A stretch of 62,437 bases of DNA, filler included. It is 3 parts of 3 records of this genome, joined end to end, with 100 filler letters (N's around TTAATTAATTAA, not from the genome) between each part and the next. Parts side by side here need not be neighbours in the genome. Positions count along the whole stretch, not along the records: positions 27,019 to 51,190 come from SRR20825019_674; 2 more parts are not named here. The stretch is one strand, 5' to 3'. Made by a program: the position numbers and the translations under genes. The notes under the pieces are model-generated. The model was not told the DNA's origin, ran no database searches, and was given only the letters and a program-made list of their open reading frames with translations. Positions within the stretch are counted from its first letter, which is position 1. Each line of letters starts with the position of its first letter. This document shows positions 26,919-36,575 of the stretch, in pieces.

Positions 26919-27018
26919 NNNNNNNNNNNNNNNNNNNNNNNNNNNNNNNNNNNNNNNNNNNNTTAATTAATTAANNNNNNNNNNNNNNNNNNNNNNNNNN
27001 NNNNNNNNNNNNNNNNNN
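26919..27018. other. Artificial contig spacer (44 N + TTAATTAATTAA + 44 N)
   Basis: Exactly 100 nt. The core gives stop codons in all six frames. Gene structure switches from eukaryotic to bacterial across it. Confidence 0.97.
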
Positions 27019-27256
27019 TCCGATGGCGCCGCTGGTGCTCGGCATCATCCTCGGCAGTCTGCTCGACAAGAGCCTCAGACGCGGTCTGATTCTTTCCAAT
27101 GGCGATATCAGCGCCTTCTTTACCCGGCCCGTTTCGGCAGGCTTCGCGGTGCTGATCGCGCTCACCATCCTGTTCTCGATTCCCGCCGTCCGCCGGTTTG
27201 CAAGCTTCAAACGCTGGCGCGGCGATGGTAACGGGAAAGACGTGAATGCAGGATAA
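27019..27256 (+). CDS. tctA: Tripartite tricarboxylate transporter permease TctA, C-terminal fragment
   Basis: 'PMAPLVLGIILGSLLDKSLRRGLILSNGDISAFFTRPVS' is a typical TctA C-terminus. Cut by the contig start. Confidence 0.85.
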
Positions 27257-27268
27257 GGAGAAACGGGC

Positions 27269-27925
27269 GTGGCGAGGCGGACAGCGGTAAAGACAAAACG
27301 GGCAACGCGCGATGCGGAGGCATCGCGCGCGGCCATCCTCCAGGCGGCGCTCGATGAATTCTCGTCGGTCGGCTATGACGGCGCCCGCGTCGACCGCATT
27401 GCCGAGCAGGCCGGGCTATCGAAACCGCTGCTTTACGACTATTTCGGCGACAAGGACGAGCTTTACAAGGCGGCGCTGCGCGAGGCCTATGTGCAGATCC
27501 GCGCCGGCGAGGAGAAGCTGGCGCTCGAGGCGCTATCGCCCGAAGATGCCGTCGCCGCGCTCGTCATGTTCACCATGACCCATTTTCGCACCCGGCCCTG
27601 GTTCATCACCATGCTGAATACCGAAAACCTGCGGCAGGGCTCGTCCGTCGGCAAGATCGGCGACCGGCGCGAAATCCAGTCGAAACTTCTGATCAAACTT
27701 GAAGAAGTGCTCAAACGCGGCTGGAAAGATGGCGTTTTCCTCAGGAAAGCCGAGCCGGTCGAAGTCTATCTTCTGATTGCCTCGCTTTGCTATTTTCCGG
27801 TTTCCAACCGGTTCACGCTGGCCGAGGTTTTCGGCTTTGATGCCAGCGAACAGGGCCTCAACGCCCATGCCCGGCGCGCGACGGAGGCGGTCGTCGGCTG
27901 GCTGAAACAGAAAGACGCCTGCTGA
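27269..27925 (+). CDS. TetR/AcrR family transcriptional regulator
   Basis: HTH 'ILQAALDEFSSVGYDGARVDRIAEQAGLSKPLLYDYFGDKDELY'. RBS AAGGAG upstream of the GTG start. Confidence 0.93.
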   Translation: MARRTAVKTKRATRDAEASRAAILQAALDEFSSVGYDGARVDRIAEQAGLSKPLLYDYFGDKDELYKAALREAYVQIRAGEEKLALEALSPEDAVAALVMFTMTHFRTRPWFITMLNTENLRQGSSVGKIGDRREIQSKLLIKLEEVLKRGWKDGVFLRKAEPVEVYLLIASLCYFPVSNRFTLAEVFGFDASEQGLNAHARRATEAVVGWLKQKDAC

Positions 27926-28770
27926 TGCCCCGTCTTGTCTGCTGCAACGAACTGCTGAGCCGGCAGGGTCTCGATCTGCAGGCCCAGTGCCGGTTTGCCA
28001 AAACCGTCGGCTATGATGCGCTGGAGCTTGCGGCGGAAAGTTTTCCAGCCGACCCGCGCGACCTTTCGGCGGGTGAGGTGAGGGCGATGCGGCAGACGGC
28101 GGCCGATGAAGGGATCGAGATTGCCGGTCTGCACTGGCTGCTGTCATCGGCGCCGGATCTGTCGATCACCGACCCCGCATCGGCGAGGGCAACGACGGAC
28201 TATCTGCTGAAACTCGTTGAAATCTGTGCCGGGCTGGGCGGGCAGGTGCTCATCCATGGTTCACCCCACCAGCGCCGCCCGCTGTCCGGCACCCCGGATG
28301 CGGCGACCTATGAACATGTGGCGAAACTCTTCGCGCCCGTTGCCCGCGCCTGTCACGATGCCGGCTCGACCTATTGCATCGAGCCGCTTTCGCGTGACCA
28401 GACGCCTTTCATCAACACGCTGCAGGAAGCCAGCCGGCTTGTCGACATGGTCGGGTCTCCGGCCTTCAATACCATGCTCGACTGTTCCTCGGCAGCACTT
28501 GCCGAAGATGAAAGCGTGCCCGCGCTGATTGAGAAATGGATGCCGACCGGACTGATTGCCCATGTGCATCTCAATGACAGTAATCGCGGTGCGCCGGGCA
28601 CCGGAACCGATGATTTTTCAGCCATTATCGCAGCTATCATTCAAAGCGGATACAGCGGCGACCTTTCTGTCGAGCCGTTCACCACCTGCGTCAACGCGGA
28701 GGTAACGCTTGCGATCGCCGCCGCCACCACGCGGGCCCATCTGCAGACTTATGGGAGGCCAATGCCATGA
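27925..28770 (+). CDS. Sugar phosphate isomerase/epimerase (xylose isomerase-like TIM barrel; ketose 3-epimerase-like)
   Basis: Metal-binding motifs 'CIEPL', 'MLDCS', 'HVHLND', 'SVEPF'. TGATG translational coupling to the TetR gene. Confidence 0.85.
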   Translation: MPRLVCCNELLSRQGLDLQAQCRFAKTVGYDALELAAESFPADPRDLSAGEVRAMRQTAADEGIEIAGLHWLLSSAPDLSITDPASARATTDYLLKLVEICAGLGGQVLIHGSPHQRRPLSGTPDAATYEHVAKLFAPVARACHDAGSTYCIEPLSRDQTPFINTLQEASRLVDMVGSPAFNTMLDCSSAALAEDESVPALIEKWMPTGLIAHVHLNDSNRGAPGTGTDDFSAIIAAIIQSGYSGDLSVEPFTTCVNAEVTLAIAAATTRAHLQTYGRPMP

Positions 28771-30116
28771 GCGCCGCACGTATCTCGCTGAAGGCGATCT
28801 CGTTCGACGCCCGGCCGGTCAAATTCCGCCTGCCGTTTCATTTCGGCAATACCGTGGTGAGCGAAACCGATCAGGGCTTCGTTTCGCTCACTCTGGAAGT
28901 CGATGGTCGCTTGGCGGAAGGTCATGCAGCCCAGCTTATGGTGCCGCGCTGGTTCGACAAGCGCGAGAGCCGAACCAATGACGACACCGTCGCCGATCTG
29001 AAGCGCTCGCTCGAACTGGCCTGCCAATCGGCGCACAACATCGCGGCTGAAACCATCGCTGCCGCCACGACCCGCATGCGCCACGAGGTCGAGGCCGCCA
29101 TGCCGGAAGGTACGCCAAGGCTTGCCGCCCATTTCGGTCCGGCACTCGTCGAAATGGCATTGATCGACGCGCTCTGCCTTGCGCGCGGCGTCAATTTCCC
29201 CGAGGCCGCCAGAGCCGATCTGTTCGGCGTCAGCACTCTTGGCGCGCGTGATATTTCCGCAACCGCCATCACCGGCGCGCTTGCCGGCATCACGCCGCTG
29301 ACGGCCATCGCGCCGCGCCAGACCGTCGGCTTCGACGCTCCGATATTCCAGGCCGAGACGGGTCCCGCCGATGACGGGCTGCCGGTCAGCCTGGAGGCCA
29401 TCATTCGAGTGACCGGCATCCACGCCTTCAAGATCAAGCTCAAGGGCGATCCTGCGGCCGATATCGACCGGCTTTCGCACATCGCCTCCCTTATCGACGG
29501 GACCGGCACTTACCGCGTCACGCTCGATGCCAACGAGCAGTACCAGCCCGACCGTTTCGCTGCATTTCTCGACCGCCTTCAGGGCGATGCGGCGCTTTCG
29601 CGCTTGCGGTCCTCGATCGCCTTCATCGAACAGCCTTTCGCCCGCGAAACCGCGCTCACGCTCGACATCACGGCCGAACTCTCCGCTTTCCCGCTGATCA
29701 TCGACGAGAGCGACGACCATGACGATGCTTTCGCCACGGCCATCGCCCATGGCTGGTCGGGCACCTCGATCAAGAGTTGCAAGGGCGTGCTGCGCGCGCT
29801 CCTGAACTATGCCCGCATGGTCGATGGCCGGGCCCGCGGCGAGCGCCTGTTCATTTCGGCCGAAGACCTGACCTGCCAGCCGGGCCTCTGCTGGCAGCAG
29901 GATACGCTGGTTGCGGCAACGCTCGGCTGTCGCGACGTGGAACGCAATGGCCACCATTTCGGCGGCGGCCTGCAGGGCTATGATGAGCCGGAAAGGGCCC
30001 GCCTCGTCGCCGCCCACCCGGACCTCTACCGCGAGAATGGCGGCCGTATTGAACTGCGCATCCAGGATGGCACGGTTTCCATCGGCTCGCTGTTCCAGCC
30101 GGGTTTCGGGCGCTAG
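28767..30116 (+). CDS. Enolase superfamily protein (mandelate racemase/muconate lactonizing-like)
   Basis: 'FKIKL' (KxK), 'TLDANEQY', 'FIEQP', 'IIDESD' metal-ligand pattern. ATGA overlap with the upstream gene. Confidence 0.85.
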   Translation: MSAARISLKAISFDARPVKFRLPFHFGNTVVSETDQGFVSLTLEVDGRLAEGHAAQLMVPRWFDKRESRTNDDTVADLKRSLELACQSAHNIAAETIAAATTRMRHEVEAAMPEGTPRLAAHFGPALVEMALIDALCLARGVNFPEAARADLFGVSTLGARDISATAITGALAGITPLTAIAPRQTVGFDAPIFQAETGPADDGLPVSLEAIIRVTGIHAFKIKLKGDPAADIDRLSHIASLIDGTGTYRVTLDANEQYQPDRFAAFLDRLQGDAALSRLRSSIAFIEQPFARETALTLDITAELSAFPLIIDESDDHDDAFATAIAHGWSGTSIKSCKGVLRALLNYARMVDGRARGERLFISAEDLTCQPGLCWQQDTLVAATLGCRDVERNGHHFGGGLQGYDEPERARLVAAHPDLYRENGGRIELRIQDGTVSIGSLFQPGFGR

Positions 30117-30311
30117 CAGCAAAGAACAGCCCGACCTCCAGAGGTGATTTCGCGGCTCTGCGTTTCTACGCCTGTCAGACAGTCCTGATATCCAGGCTCT
30201 ATGCCATCCTTGCGGTGGTCGAAGGCGCTCCACAGGATGCCGCGCTCGTGGGCCCTTGCAGTATCCGGCGGGCCAGTGACGGCCACCGTCAACCGCCCTC
30301 GAAGCCCGTGC

Positions 30312-30530
30312 CTATTGCCCAGACTCTATCATCTCGCGGATTTTGATCGCTTTCTCGAAGTGATCAAGACCGTGGGTTTTGATCCACCACTCGGCCGCTT
30401 CCATAAGGAGGTCGGGGTCATCGTTTCTGTTTGAAAAAAATGCGTAGAATGACAGGCCGACACCTTCGCCCTTTTTTGCGATCTTGTCGCTGCAAATTGA
30501 AATTGCCTTTGCCCGCAGTGTCGGTCTCAT
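30312..30530 (-). CDS. Small conserved hypothetical protein (resembles DUF6500 family)
   Basis: 72-aa ORF containing 'KIAKKGEGVGLSFYAFFSNRNDDPDLLMEAAEWWIKTHGLDHFEKA'. Family recognised from memory. GC is lower than in the flanks. Confidence 0.7.
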   Translation of the reverse strand: MRPTLRAKAISICSDKIAKKGEGVGLSFYAFFSNRNDDPDLLMEAAEWWIKTHGLDHFEKAIKIREMIESGQ

Positions 30531-30693
30531 GGTGTGCCTTCTTTTCATAGCCGTTCGGCTACAGCGTGGATTGGCGGTTTTGAACGCCGATTGGGCAGAC
30601 CTACAACGGCTTCGCTGCGAAGCAAATCCATCATTCGTCCGTTAGGTTGTGCACACGAGGATGTTTTCTCTGTGGGAAAGGGAGGTGATCTCG

Positions 30694-30802
30694 TATGTGA
30701 AATAAATTTCATCAATGGTTTTTATTGCATTTTGGTTGACTGCGCCGGAAACCCAAGGTAATCGAGTTCCTGCAAGTTTTTTTGATATGTGAAATAACTT
30801 GC
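30694..30802 (+). promoter_or_regulatory. AT-rich promoter/operator region of the sugar ABC operon
   Basis: 12-bp direct repeat TATGTGAAATAA at 30694-30705 and 30786-30797. Palindrome TGAAAT-AA-ATTTCA at 30698-30711. Inverted repeat GCAAGTT...AACTTGC at 30772-30802. Confidence 0.55.
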
Positions 30803-30885
30803 GAATTTGTCCTGGTGCTGCAATTCTCGGCAGTGCGGGATCAGGCCTTGGAGGAGGCCGCTCACGACCTTGGAGGAGGAAATCC

Positions 30886-31905
30886 ATGAGAAATCTTCTA
30901 ATGAGCACTGCCTTTTCGGCAGTCGCAATCACGGCAGCCATTACATCTGCCGCACCGGCTTCGGCGCAAGATGCGCTCGCCTGCGAGCCCGGCGAGACCT
31001 ATGTCATGAACGTGATGGTCTCCAGCCACGCCTATTGGGTTCCGGTCTATCAGGGCTTCAAGCAGGCGGCGGAGGCATTTGGCTGCGAAACGGTCTTTTC
31101 GGGTACGCCGGATTACGACATCATCAAGCAGATCGCGTCGTTCGAGCAGGATCTGGTGAAGTCGCCGGCGGGCATCCTGCTGCACCCCATGCAGTCCGAT
31201 CCGTTCATCGAGCCCATCAACCGCGCCATTGCCGATGGCGTTGCCGTTGTTACCTTCGCGGCCGACTCGCCGAAGTCGAACCGGAGCGCCTACATCACGT
31301 CGGATAATCGCGCCGAGGCGAAATTTGCCGTCGAGGAGATCGTTTCCCAAGTTGGCGAGACCGGCAAATACGCCGTGCTCGAGAATCCGGGCCAGAGCAA
31401 TCATGATCTGCGTGTCACTGCCCTGATCGACTATATGGAGGCCAATTACCCCGGCATGGAACTTGTCGGGCGCCAGGCAACCAACCAGGACAGCAATGCG
31501 GCCTACCGGGCGACGGCATCGATCCTGCAGGCCAATCCCGAACTCGATGCACTCTGGATCCCTGAAGCCGGTTCCGCCGAGGGGGCCGTGGCGGCCGTGC
31601 TGGAGGCCGATGCCGATGTGCTGATCATGCATGCCGACATCACGCCGACCACGCTCGAGCACATCAAGGCGGGCAACATCCACATGGCGCTCAACCCCAA
31701 TCAGGGGATACAGGGGTTCACCGGTTTTCTGGCGACGTTCCTCGCCGCCCACCCGGAAGCGATCGACCCTTTTAACGACTACAAGGTCTCCGGCACCAAC
31801 CCGATGCAGATCCCGTTCATCGACAACGGTTTCGCTGTCATCACCCAGGATAACGCCGACTCCTTCGATCTCAACACCTACATGGAAGGCCGTGATCCCA
31901 GCTGA
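30886..31905 (+). CDS. Sugar/polyol ABC transporter substrate-binding protein (RbsB-like, periplasmic binding protein type 1)
   Basis: Signal peptide ending ASA-Q and RBS GGAGGA. Motifs 'HAYWVPVYQGFKQAAE', 'INRAIADGVAVVTFAAD', 'YITSDN'. Confidence 0.92.
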   Translation: MRNLLMSTAFSAVAITAAITSAAPASAQDALACEPGETYVMNVMVSSHAYWVPVYQGFKQAAEAFGCETVFSGTPDYDIIKQIASFEQDLVKSPAGILLHPMQSDPFIEPINRAIADGVAVVTFAADSPKSNRSAYITSDNRAEAKFAVEEIVSQVGETGKYAVLENPGQSNHDLRVTALIDYMEANYPGMELVGRQATNQDSNAAYRATASILQANPELDALWIPEAGSAEGAVAAVLEADADVLIMHADITPTTLEHIKAGNIHMALNPNQGIQGFTGFLATFLAAHPEAIDPFNDYKVSGTNPMQIPFIDNGFAVITQDNADSFDLNTYMEGRDPS

Positions 31906-31920
31906 TCGATCACAATGCGT

Positions 31921-31948
31921 CGTCCGGGCCGTTTCATCGGTCCGGACG
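31921..31948 (+). terminator. Intercistronic stem-loop (mRNA stabiliser or attenuator) after the SBP gene
   Basis: CGTCCGGGCCG-tttcat-CGGTCCGGACG forms an 11-bp stem with one G-U pair. There is no U-tract, so it is probably not a strong intrinsic terminator. Confidence 0.5.
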
Positions 31949-31979
31949 GGGATGACACAGATGCGGGTTCGGCGAGATC

Positions 31980-33494
31980 ATGGAACAATACAGCATTCTC
32001 AGCATATCCGGGATCACAAAATCCTTCGGTGCGGTCCGTGCGCTCAAAGGTATAGACTTTGAGCTGAAGCGGGGCGAAATCCACGCCATTGCCGGTGAGA
32101 ACGGCGCTGGCAAGTCAACGCTGATGAATGTCATCGACGGCATTCTTCAGCCTGACAGCGGCGAGATCCGGCTTGACGGGCGCAAGGTGGAGATTACCTC
32201 TCCGGCCATGGCGCAGAAGCTCGGGATCGGTTTCGTGCACCAGGAAATTGCCCTCTGTCCCGATATTTCGGTTGCCGAAAACATCTTCATGGCAACGACG
32301 AACACCTCGAAATCGATCCTGATGAACTATCGCGACCTGACGGCGCGCGCCCGAAAAGTGCTGTCGACCCTCAGCGATATCGAGCCGTCACGGCTCGTCT
32401 GCGACCTCTCGATCTCCGAGCAGCAACTCGTCGAGATCGCCAAGGCGCTGACGCTCGACTGCCGCGTCCTCATTCTTGACGAGCCGACGGCGGCGCTGAC
32501 CGAAAAGGAAGCGCAGATCCTGTTTTCGATCATGCGCCGCCTGGCCGATAACGGCATTTCGATCATCTACATCTCCCATCGCATGGTCGAGATTTTCAAT
32601 GCATGCGACCGCGTTTCGGTTTTTCGCGACGGCGCGCATATCGTCACCCGCGCTATCGGTGATATCACGCCACAGGGCGTGGTCGATGCCATGGTGGGCC
32701 GGGTCATCGATACGCTCTACCCGGACAAGCAGCGGGAGAACGAAAAATCGGATGACCTTATTCTCGAGGTGATCGATTTCAGCGAGGCCCGCCGCTTCCG
32801 AAACATTTCCTTCAGTCTGAGGCGCGGCGAGATCCTGGGATTTGCCGGGTTGATCGGGGCAGGGCGCAGCGAGATCGCCAGGGGCATCTGCCGGCTTGAG
32901 GGCAGTGTTTCCGGAACGGTGGTCCTCAACGGCAAGACGCTCGATATCGCCAGCTATCGCGAAAGCATCGACAACGGCATGGTCTATCTTTCAGAGGACC
33001 GCAAGGGCGACGGGCTGTTTCTCGACATGTCGATTGCCGCCAATATTTCGGCCCTTTCGGTCGAGCAGGTTTCGTCCGGTACCGGGTTCATCGATGATCG
33101 CCGCGAGGTCGCGCAGGCGGAACGTCTCTGCAGCCAACTGAACATCAAATGCGATCACGTCGGCCAGCGGGCCAGCGCGCTTTCAGGCGGCAATCAGCAA
33201 AAGGTGGCAATTGCCAAGATGCTGTCGGTTCATCCGCGGGTGATCTTTCTCGACGAGCCGACGCGCGGCGTCGATGTCGGGGCGAAATCCGAAATTCACC
33301 GGATCCTGCGCGATCTGGCGAATGACGGCGTCGGCATTCTGGTGGTCTCCTCCGAACTGCCCGAACTGATCGGGCTTTGCGATCGCGTGCTGGTGGTGCG
33401 CGAGGGCGAGATCGCGGGTGAGGTCAGCGGGCCCGACATGACGGAGGAAAACATCATGTATCTGGCGTCTCTGGAACAGGCAGAGAGGGCGTGA
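31980..33494 (+). CDS. Sugar ABC transporter ATP-binding protein (RbsA/MglA-type, two NBDs)
   Basis: Walker A 'GENGAGKST', 'ILDEPTAAL', 'LSGGNQQKV', 'LDEPTRGVDVGAK'. Confidence 0.96.
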   Translation: MEQYSILSISGITKSFGAVRALKGIDFELKRGEIHAIAGENGAGKSTLMNVIDGILQPDSGEIRLDGRKVEITSPAMAQKLGIGFVHQEIALCPDISVAENIFMATTNTSKSILMNYRDLTARARKVLSTLSDIEPSRLVCDLSISEQQLVEIAKALTLDCRVLILDEPTAALTEKEAQILFSIMRRLADNGISIIYISHRMVEIFNACDRVSVFRDGAHIVTRAIGDITPQGVVDAMVGRVIDTLYPDKQRENEKSDDLILEVIDFSEARRFRNISFSLRRGEILGFAGLIGAGRSEIARGICRLEGSVSGTVVLNGKTLDIASYRESIDNGMVYLSEDRKGDGLFLDMSIAANISALSVEQVSSGTGFIDDRREVAQAERLCSQLNIKCDHVGQRASALSGGNQQKVAIAKMLSVHPRVIFLDEPTRGVDVGAKSEIHRILRDLANDGVGILVVSSELPELIGLCDRVLVVREGEIAGEVSGPDMTEENIMYLASLEQAERA

Positions 33495-33504
33495 GGGAAG
33501 AGAA

Positions 33505-34512
33505 ATGAGTGTTGAAAACGTAATGAACGCCAATGAAAAGCGCACGCAGCGCGGCCAGATGTCACGAATCCTCAGGCATATCCTGGGCATGCGCGAGACC
33601 GGGCTCATCGCCATCATTCTCGTCCTGTTCATCGTCATGTCGTTTGCCTCGCCGTATTTCCTGACCTGGGTGAACATTCGCGCCATGACCATGGCCTTTG
33701 CCGTCGAGGGCATCGTCGTCGTCGGCATGACGATCCTGCTGATTTCCGGCGGTATCGACCTATCGGTCGGGTCGGTCACGGCGCTGGCGATGGTGATCGC
33801 GGGGCTTCTGTTCCTTGCCGGCGTCGATCCCTGGACGGCATCGGCTATATCGATCCTCGCCTGCACCGGCATTGGCGCCGTAATGGGCATATTTGTCACC
33901 AGAGTGGGGCTTCACCACTTCATCGTGTCGCTCGCGGTGATGGTGATCGCGCGCGGCGCCTGCCTTCTGGGCACTGGCGGCCGGCCGATCGGGCTTTATA
34001 CCCTGCCGCCGGAATTCAAGTTCATCGGTCAGGGCACGATCGGGGTCGTTCCAGTGGTCATCGTGATCTTTCTGGTCATCGTCATCGCGTTCGATTTCAT
34101 GCTTCGCCGCACCACTATGTTTCGCAAGGTGTTTTATACCGGCAGCAACGAGAAGGCGGCGGCCTATTCCGGCATCCGCACCAAGAGGGTGGTTTTCATG
34201 ACCACCACATTGTGCTCCGCCTTGTGCGGCGTCGCCGGCGTCATCTACATGGCGCGTTTCGGCTCGGCCCAGCCGACTTTCGGCATCGGCATGGAACTCA
34301 ACGTCATCGCCGCGGCCGTCATCGGCGGGGCGAGCCTTTCGGGCGGCTCGGGGACGATCTTCGGGGCGATCCTGGGCGCGGTCCTGCTGTCGGTGGTGTC
34401 GTCGTCGCTGGCTTTGCTGGATGTCTCGGTCTACTGGCAGGACATCATCAGGGGCTCCATCCTGCTTTCCGCGGTGTCCATCGATCACTATTTCAACAAG
34501 CGGCGCGGCTGA
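33505..34512 (+). CDS. Sugar ABC transporter permease (RbsC-type)
   Basis: 'GGIDLSVGSV', 'GSNEKAAAYSGI', 'ELNVIAAAVIGGASLSGGSG'. Confidence 0.95.
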   Translation: MSVENVMNANEKRTQRGQMSRILRHILGMRETGLIAIILVLFIVMSFASPYFLTWVNIRAMTMAFAVEGIVVVGMTILLISGGIDLSVGSVTALAMVIAGLLFLAGVDPWTASAISILACTGIGAVMGIFVTRVGLHHFIVSLAVMVIARGACLLGTGGRPIGLYTLPPEFKFIGQGTIGVVPVVIVIFLVIVIAFDFMLRRTTMFRKVFYTGSNEKAAAYSGIRTKRVVFMTTTLCSALCGVAGVIYMARFGSAQPTFGIGMELNVIAAAVIGGASLSGGSGTIFGAILGAVLLSVVSSSLALLDVSVYWQDIIRGSILLSAVSIDHYFNKRRG

Positions 34513-34543
34513 ACCGCAATTGCATTTATTCACGGGTACGAAC

Positions 34544-35524
34544 ATGGCTGGAAAGAAAGACGATTTTGACGTGATCCGGCAGATCCACACGGTTCTGGTC
34601 CTGCATTTCCTGGAGGGCAGGAAGCAGTCCGAGATCGCCGAGATGCTGAACCTGTCGACGTCGAAGGTGAACAGGCTGATCAGCCAGGGACGTCTCACCG
34701 GCATGGTGAAGATCGCCATCGAGAGCCCTTATCAGGGGCTGGTCGACCTCGAAAAGGCACTGGTTTCGGCGACAGGGCTCGGCTCCGCCGTTGTCGCGCC
34801 GGCGATTGTGGGCAATCCCGATACGACGCTGCAACAGGTCGGTCGCGCCGCCGCCAGCCACCTGCTGGAAACCATTCGCGACGGCGACGTGATTGCCGTG
34901 ACCGGCGGCAAGGCCGTCAGCGCCGTTGCCGAAAACCTGTCGCCCGACCGCCGTTTCGACGTGACCGTGGTGCCGCTGACCGGCGGCGTTCAGGGCAAGT
35001 ACTATACCGACGTCAATCATCTGGCGACGCAGATCGCCGCGCGGCTTGGCGGGCGGGCCATGCTGATGCATGCGCCGCTTTTCGCCGAGAGCCGCGCCCA
35101 GCGCGACATGCTGATGGAAATGGGATCGATCAAGGAAGTCTTCGATCTCGCGCGCCGGGCGCGCGTCGCGATCGTCGGCGTCGGATCGATCACCACGCCG
35201 GGTTCGAGCTATTACGACTTCCACCCCGCGCCCAATCCGGACCGCGAGCAACTCATCCGCAGCGGCGTCGTGGCCGAATTCCTTGCCCATCTCGTCAAGC
35301 GCGGCGGGACGCTTGCCGACTATCCGCTGCACGAACGGCTGGTCGCGCTCGACCCGGACGCGCTTTCACGCTGCCCGCATGTCATCGGCGTGGCGTCGGG
35401 CGCCGAAAAGGTCGAACCGATTCAGGCCGTTCTGAACGGTCGCCGGCTCAATTCGCTCATCGTTGATGAGCAGACCGCTTCGGCGGTTCTCAACACTCTG
35501 GAAAGGTCACAACATGTCGCATGA
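34544..35524 (+). CDS. SorC/DeoR-family sugar-binding transcriptional regulator
   Basis: N-terminal HTH 'HFLEGRKQSEIAEMLNLSTSKVNRLI'. Sugar-binding domain motifs 'VVPLTGG', 'HAPLF', 'IGVASGAEKVEPI', 'LIVDE'. Confidence 0.92.
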   Translation: MAGKKDDFDVIRQIHTVLVLHFLEGRKQSEIAEMLNLSTSKVNRLISQGRLTGMVKIAIESPYQGLVDLEKALVSATGLGSAVVAPAIVGNPDTTLQQVGRAAASHLLETIRDGDVIAVTGGKAVSAVAENLSPDRRFDVTVVPLTGGVQGKYYTDVNHLATQIAARLGGRAMLMHAPLFAESRAQRDMLMEMGSIKEVFDLARRARVAIVGVGSITTPGSSYYDFHPAPNPDREQLIRSGVVAEFLAHLVKRGGTLADYPLHERLVALDPDALSRCPHVIGVASGAEKVEPIQAVLNGRRLNSLIVDEQTASAVLNTLERSQHVA

Positions 35525-36509
35525 AACGCTGGTTCGCCCGATTGGAAATTCGGGCATATCCGCCTCGGCCGTCGGACTTGGAACCTGGGCCATTGGCGGA
35601 TGGATGTGGGGCGGAACCGACGAGGCGCAATCGGTGGCGGCGATCCGGGCCTCACTGGACGAGGGCATATCGTTGATCGACACGGCGCCTGCCTATGGCC
35701 AGGGCCTGTCGGAGGAGATCGTCGGCAAGGCGATTGCCGGGCGTCGTGACGAGGTCGTGCTTGCTACCAAATGCGGTCTGGTCTGGCATACGGACAAGGG
35801 GCGCCACTTCTTCGATGTCGATGGCAAGCCGGTCCACCGCTATCTCGGCACGGACAGCATTGTCTTCGAGGTCGAGCAGAGCCTGAAGCGGCTCGGAACC
35901 GATCATATCGACCTGTACATCACCCATTGGCAGGATCCGACGACACCGGTCGAGGAAACGGTCGCCGCCCTCGAACAGCTCAAGACGGATGGCAAGATCC
36001 GTGCCATCGGGGCGAGCAATGTCTCGGCAGCCGATCTCGATGCCTATCTGGCGACCGGTAAGCTTGATGCCATTCAGGAGGAATATTCCATGGTTGCGCG
36101 CGGCATCGAGACGACGCTGCTGTCGAAGACCCGCGAAAACAACATCGCCACGCTCAGCTATTCATCGCTGGCGCTTGGCCTGCTTACGGGAAAGATGGGG
36201 CCTGACCGTAATTTCTCCGGTGATGACCAGCGCAAGGACAATCCGCGCTTTTCGAAGGCAAACCGCCAGAAAGTGGCCCGGCTGATGGCGGATATCGCTC
36301 CGGTTGCCGATGCCCACGACGCGACGCTTGCGCAGATCGTGATTGCCTGGACGCTTTGCCAACCCGGCATCACCTTTGCGCTCTGCGGTGCGCGCAACGC
36401 GGAGCAGGCGCGGGAAAATGCAAGGGCCGGACGTATCCAACTCGGCGACAGCGAGGTTTCTCTGATCACCGCCGCCGCTGAAGCGCATCTGGCAAAACTG
36501 GACGCCTGA
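35514..36509 (+). CDS. Aldo/keto reductase
   Basis: 'GLGTWAIGG', 'DTAPAYG', 'LATKCG', 'SLKRLGTDHIDLYITHW', 'GKIRAIGASN'. Confidence 0.95.
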   Translation: MSHETLVRPIGNSGISASAVGLGTWAIGGWMWGGTDEAQSVAAIRASLDEGISLIDTAPAYGQGLSEEIVGKAIAGRRDEVVLATKCGLVWHTDKGRHFFDVDGKPVHRYLGTDSIVFEVEQSLKRLGTDHIDLYITHWQDPTTPVEETVAALEQLKTDGKIRAIGASNVSAADLDAYLATGKLDAIQEEYSMVARGIETTLLSKTRENNIATLSYSSLALGLLTGKMGPDRNFSGDDQRKDNPRFSKANRQKVARLMADIAPVADAHDATLAQIVIAWTLCQPGITFALCGARNAEQARENARAGRIQLGDSEVSLITAAAEAHLAKLDA

Positions 36510-36575
36510 GGCGTTTGAAACCAACCTCTTGTTCGAAAACGGACACCGCACACGCTGACGGTGAGCAGACCCGCT

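Noticed and set aside
26963-26974. TTAATTAATTAA as a biological palindrome or piggyBac TTAA site (also 51235-51246)
   Set aside because: It is embedded symmetrically in N runs and is a six-frame-stop concatenation linker.
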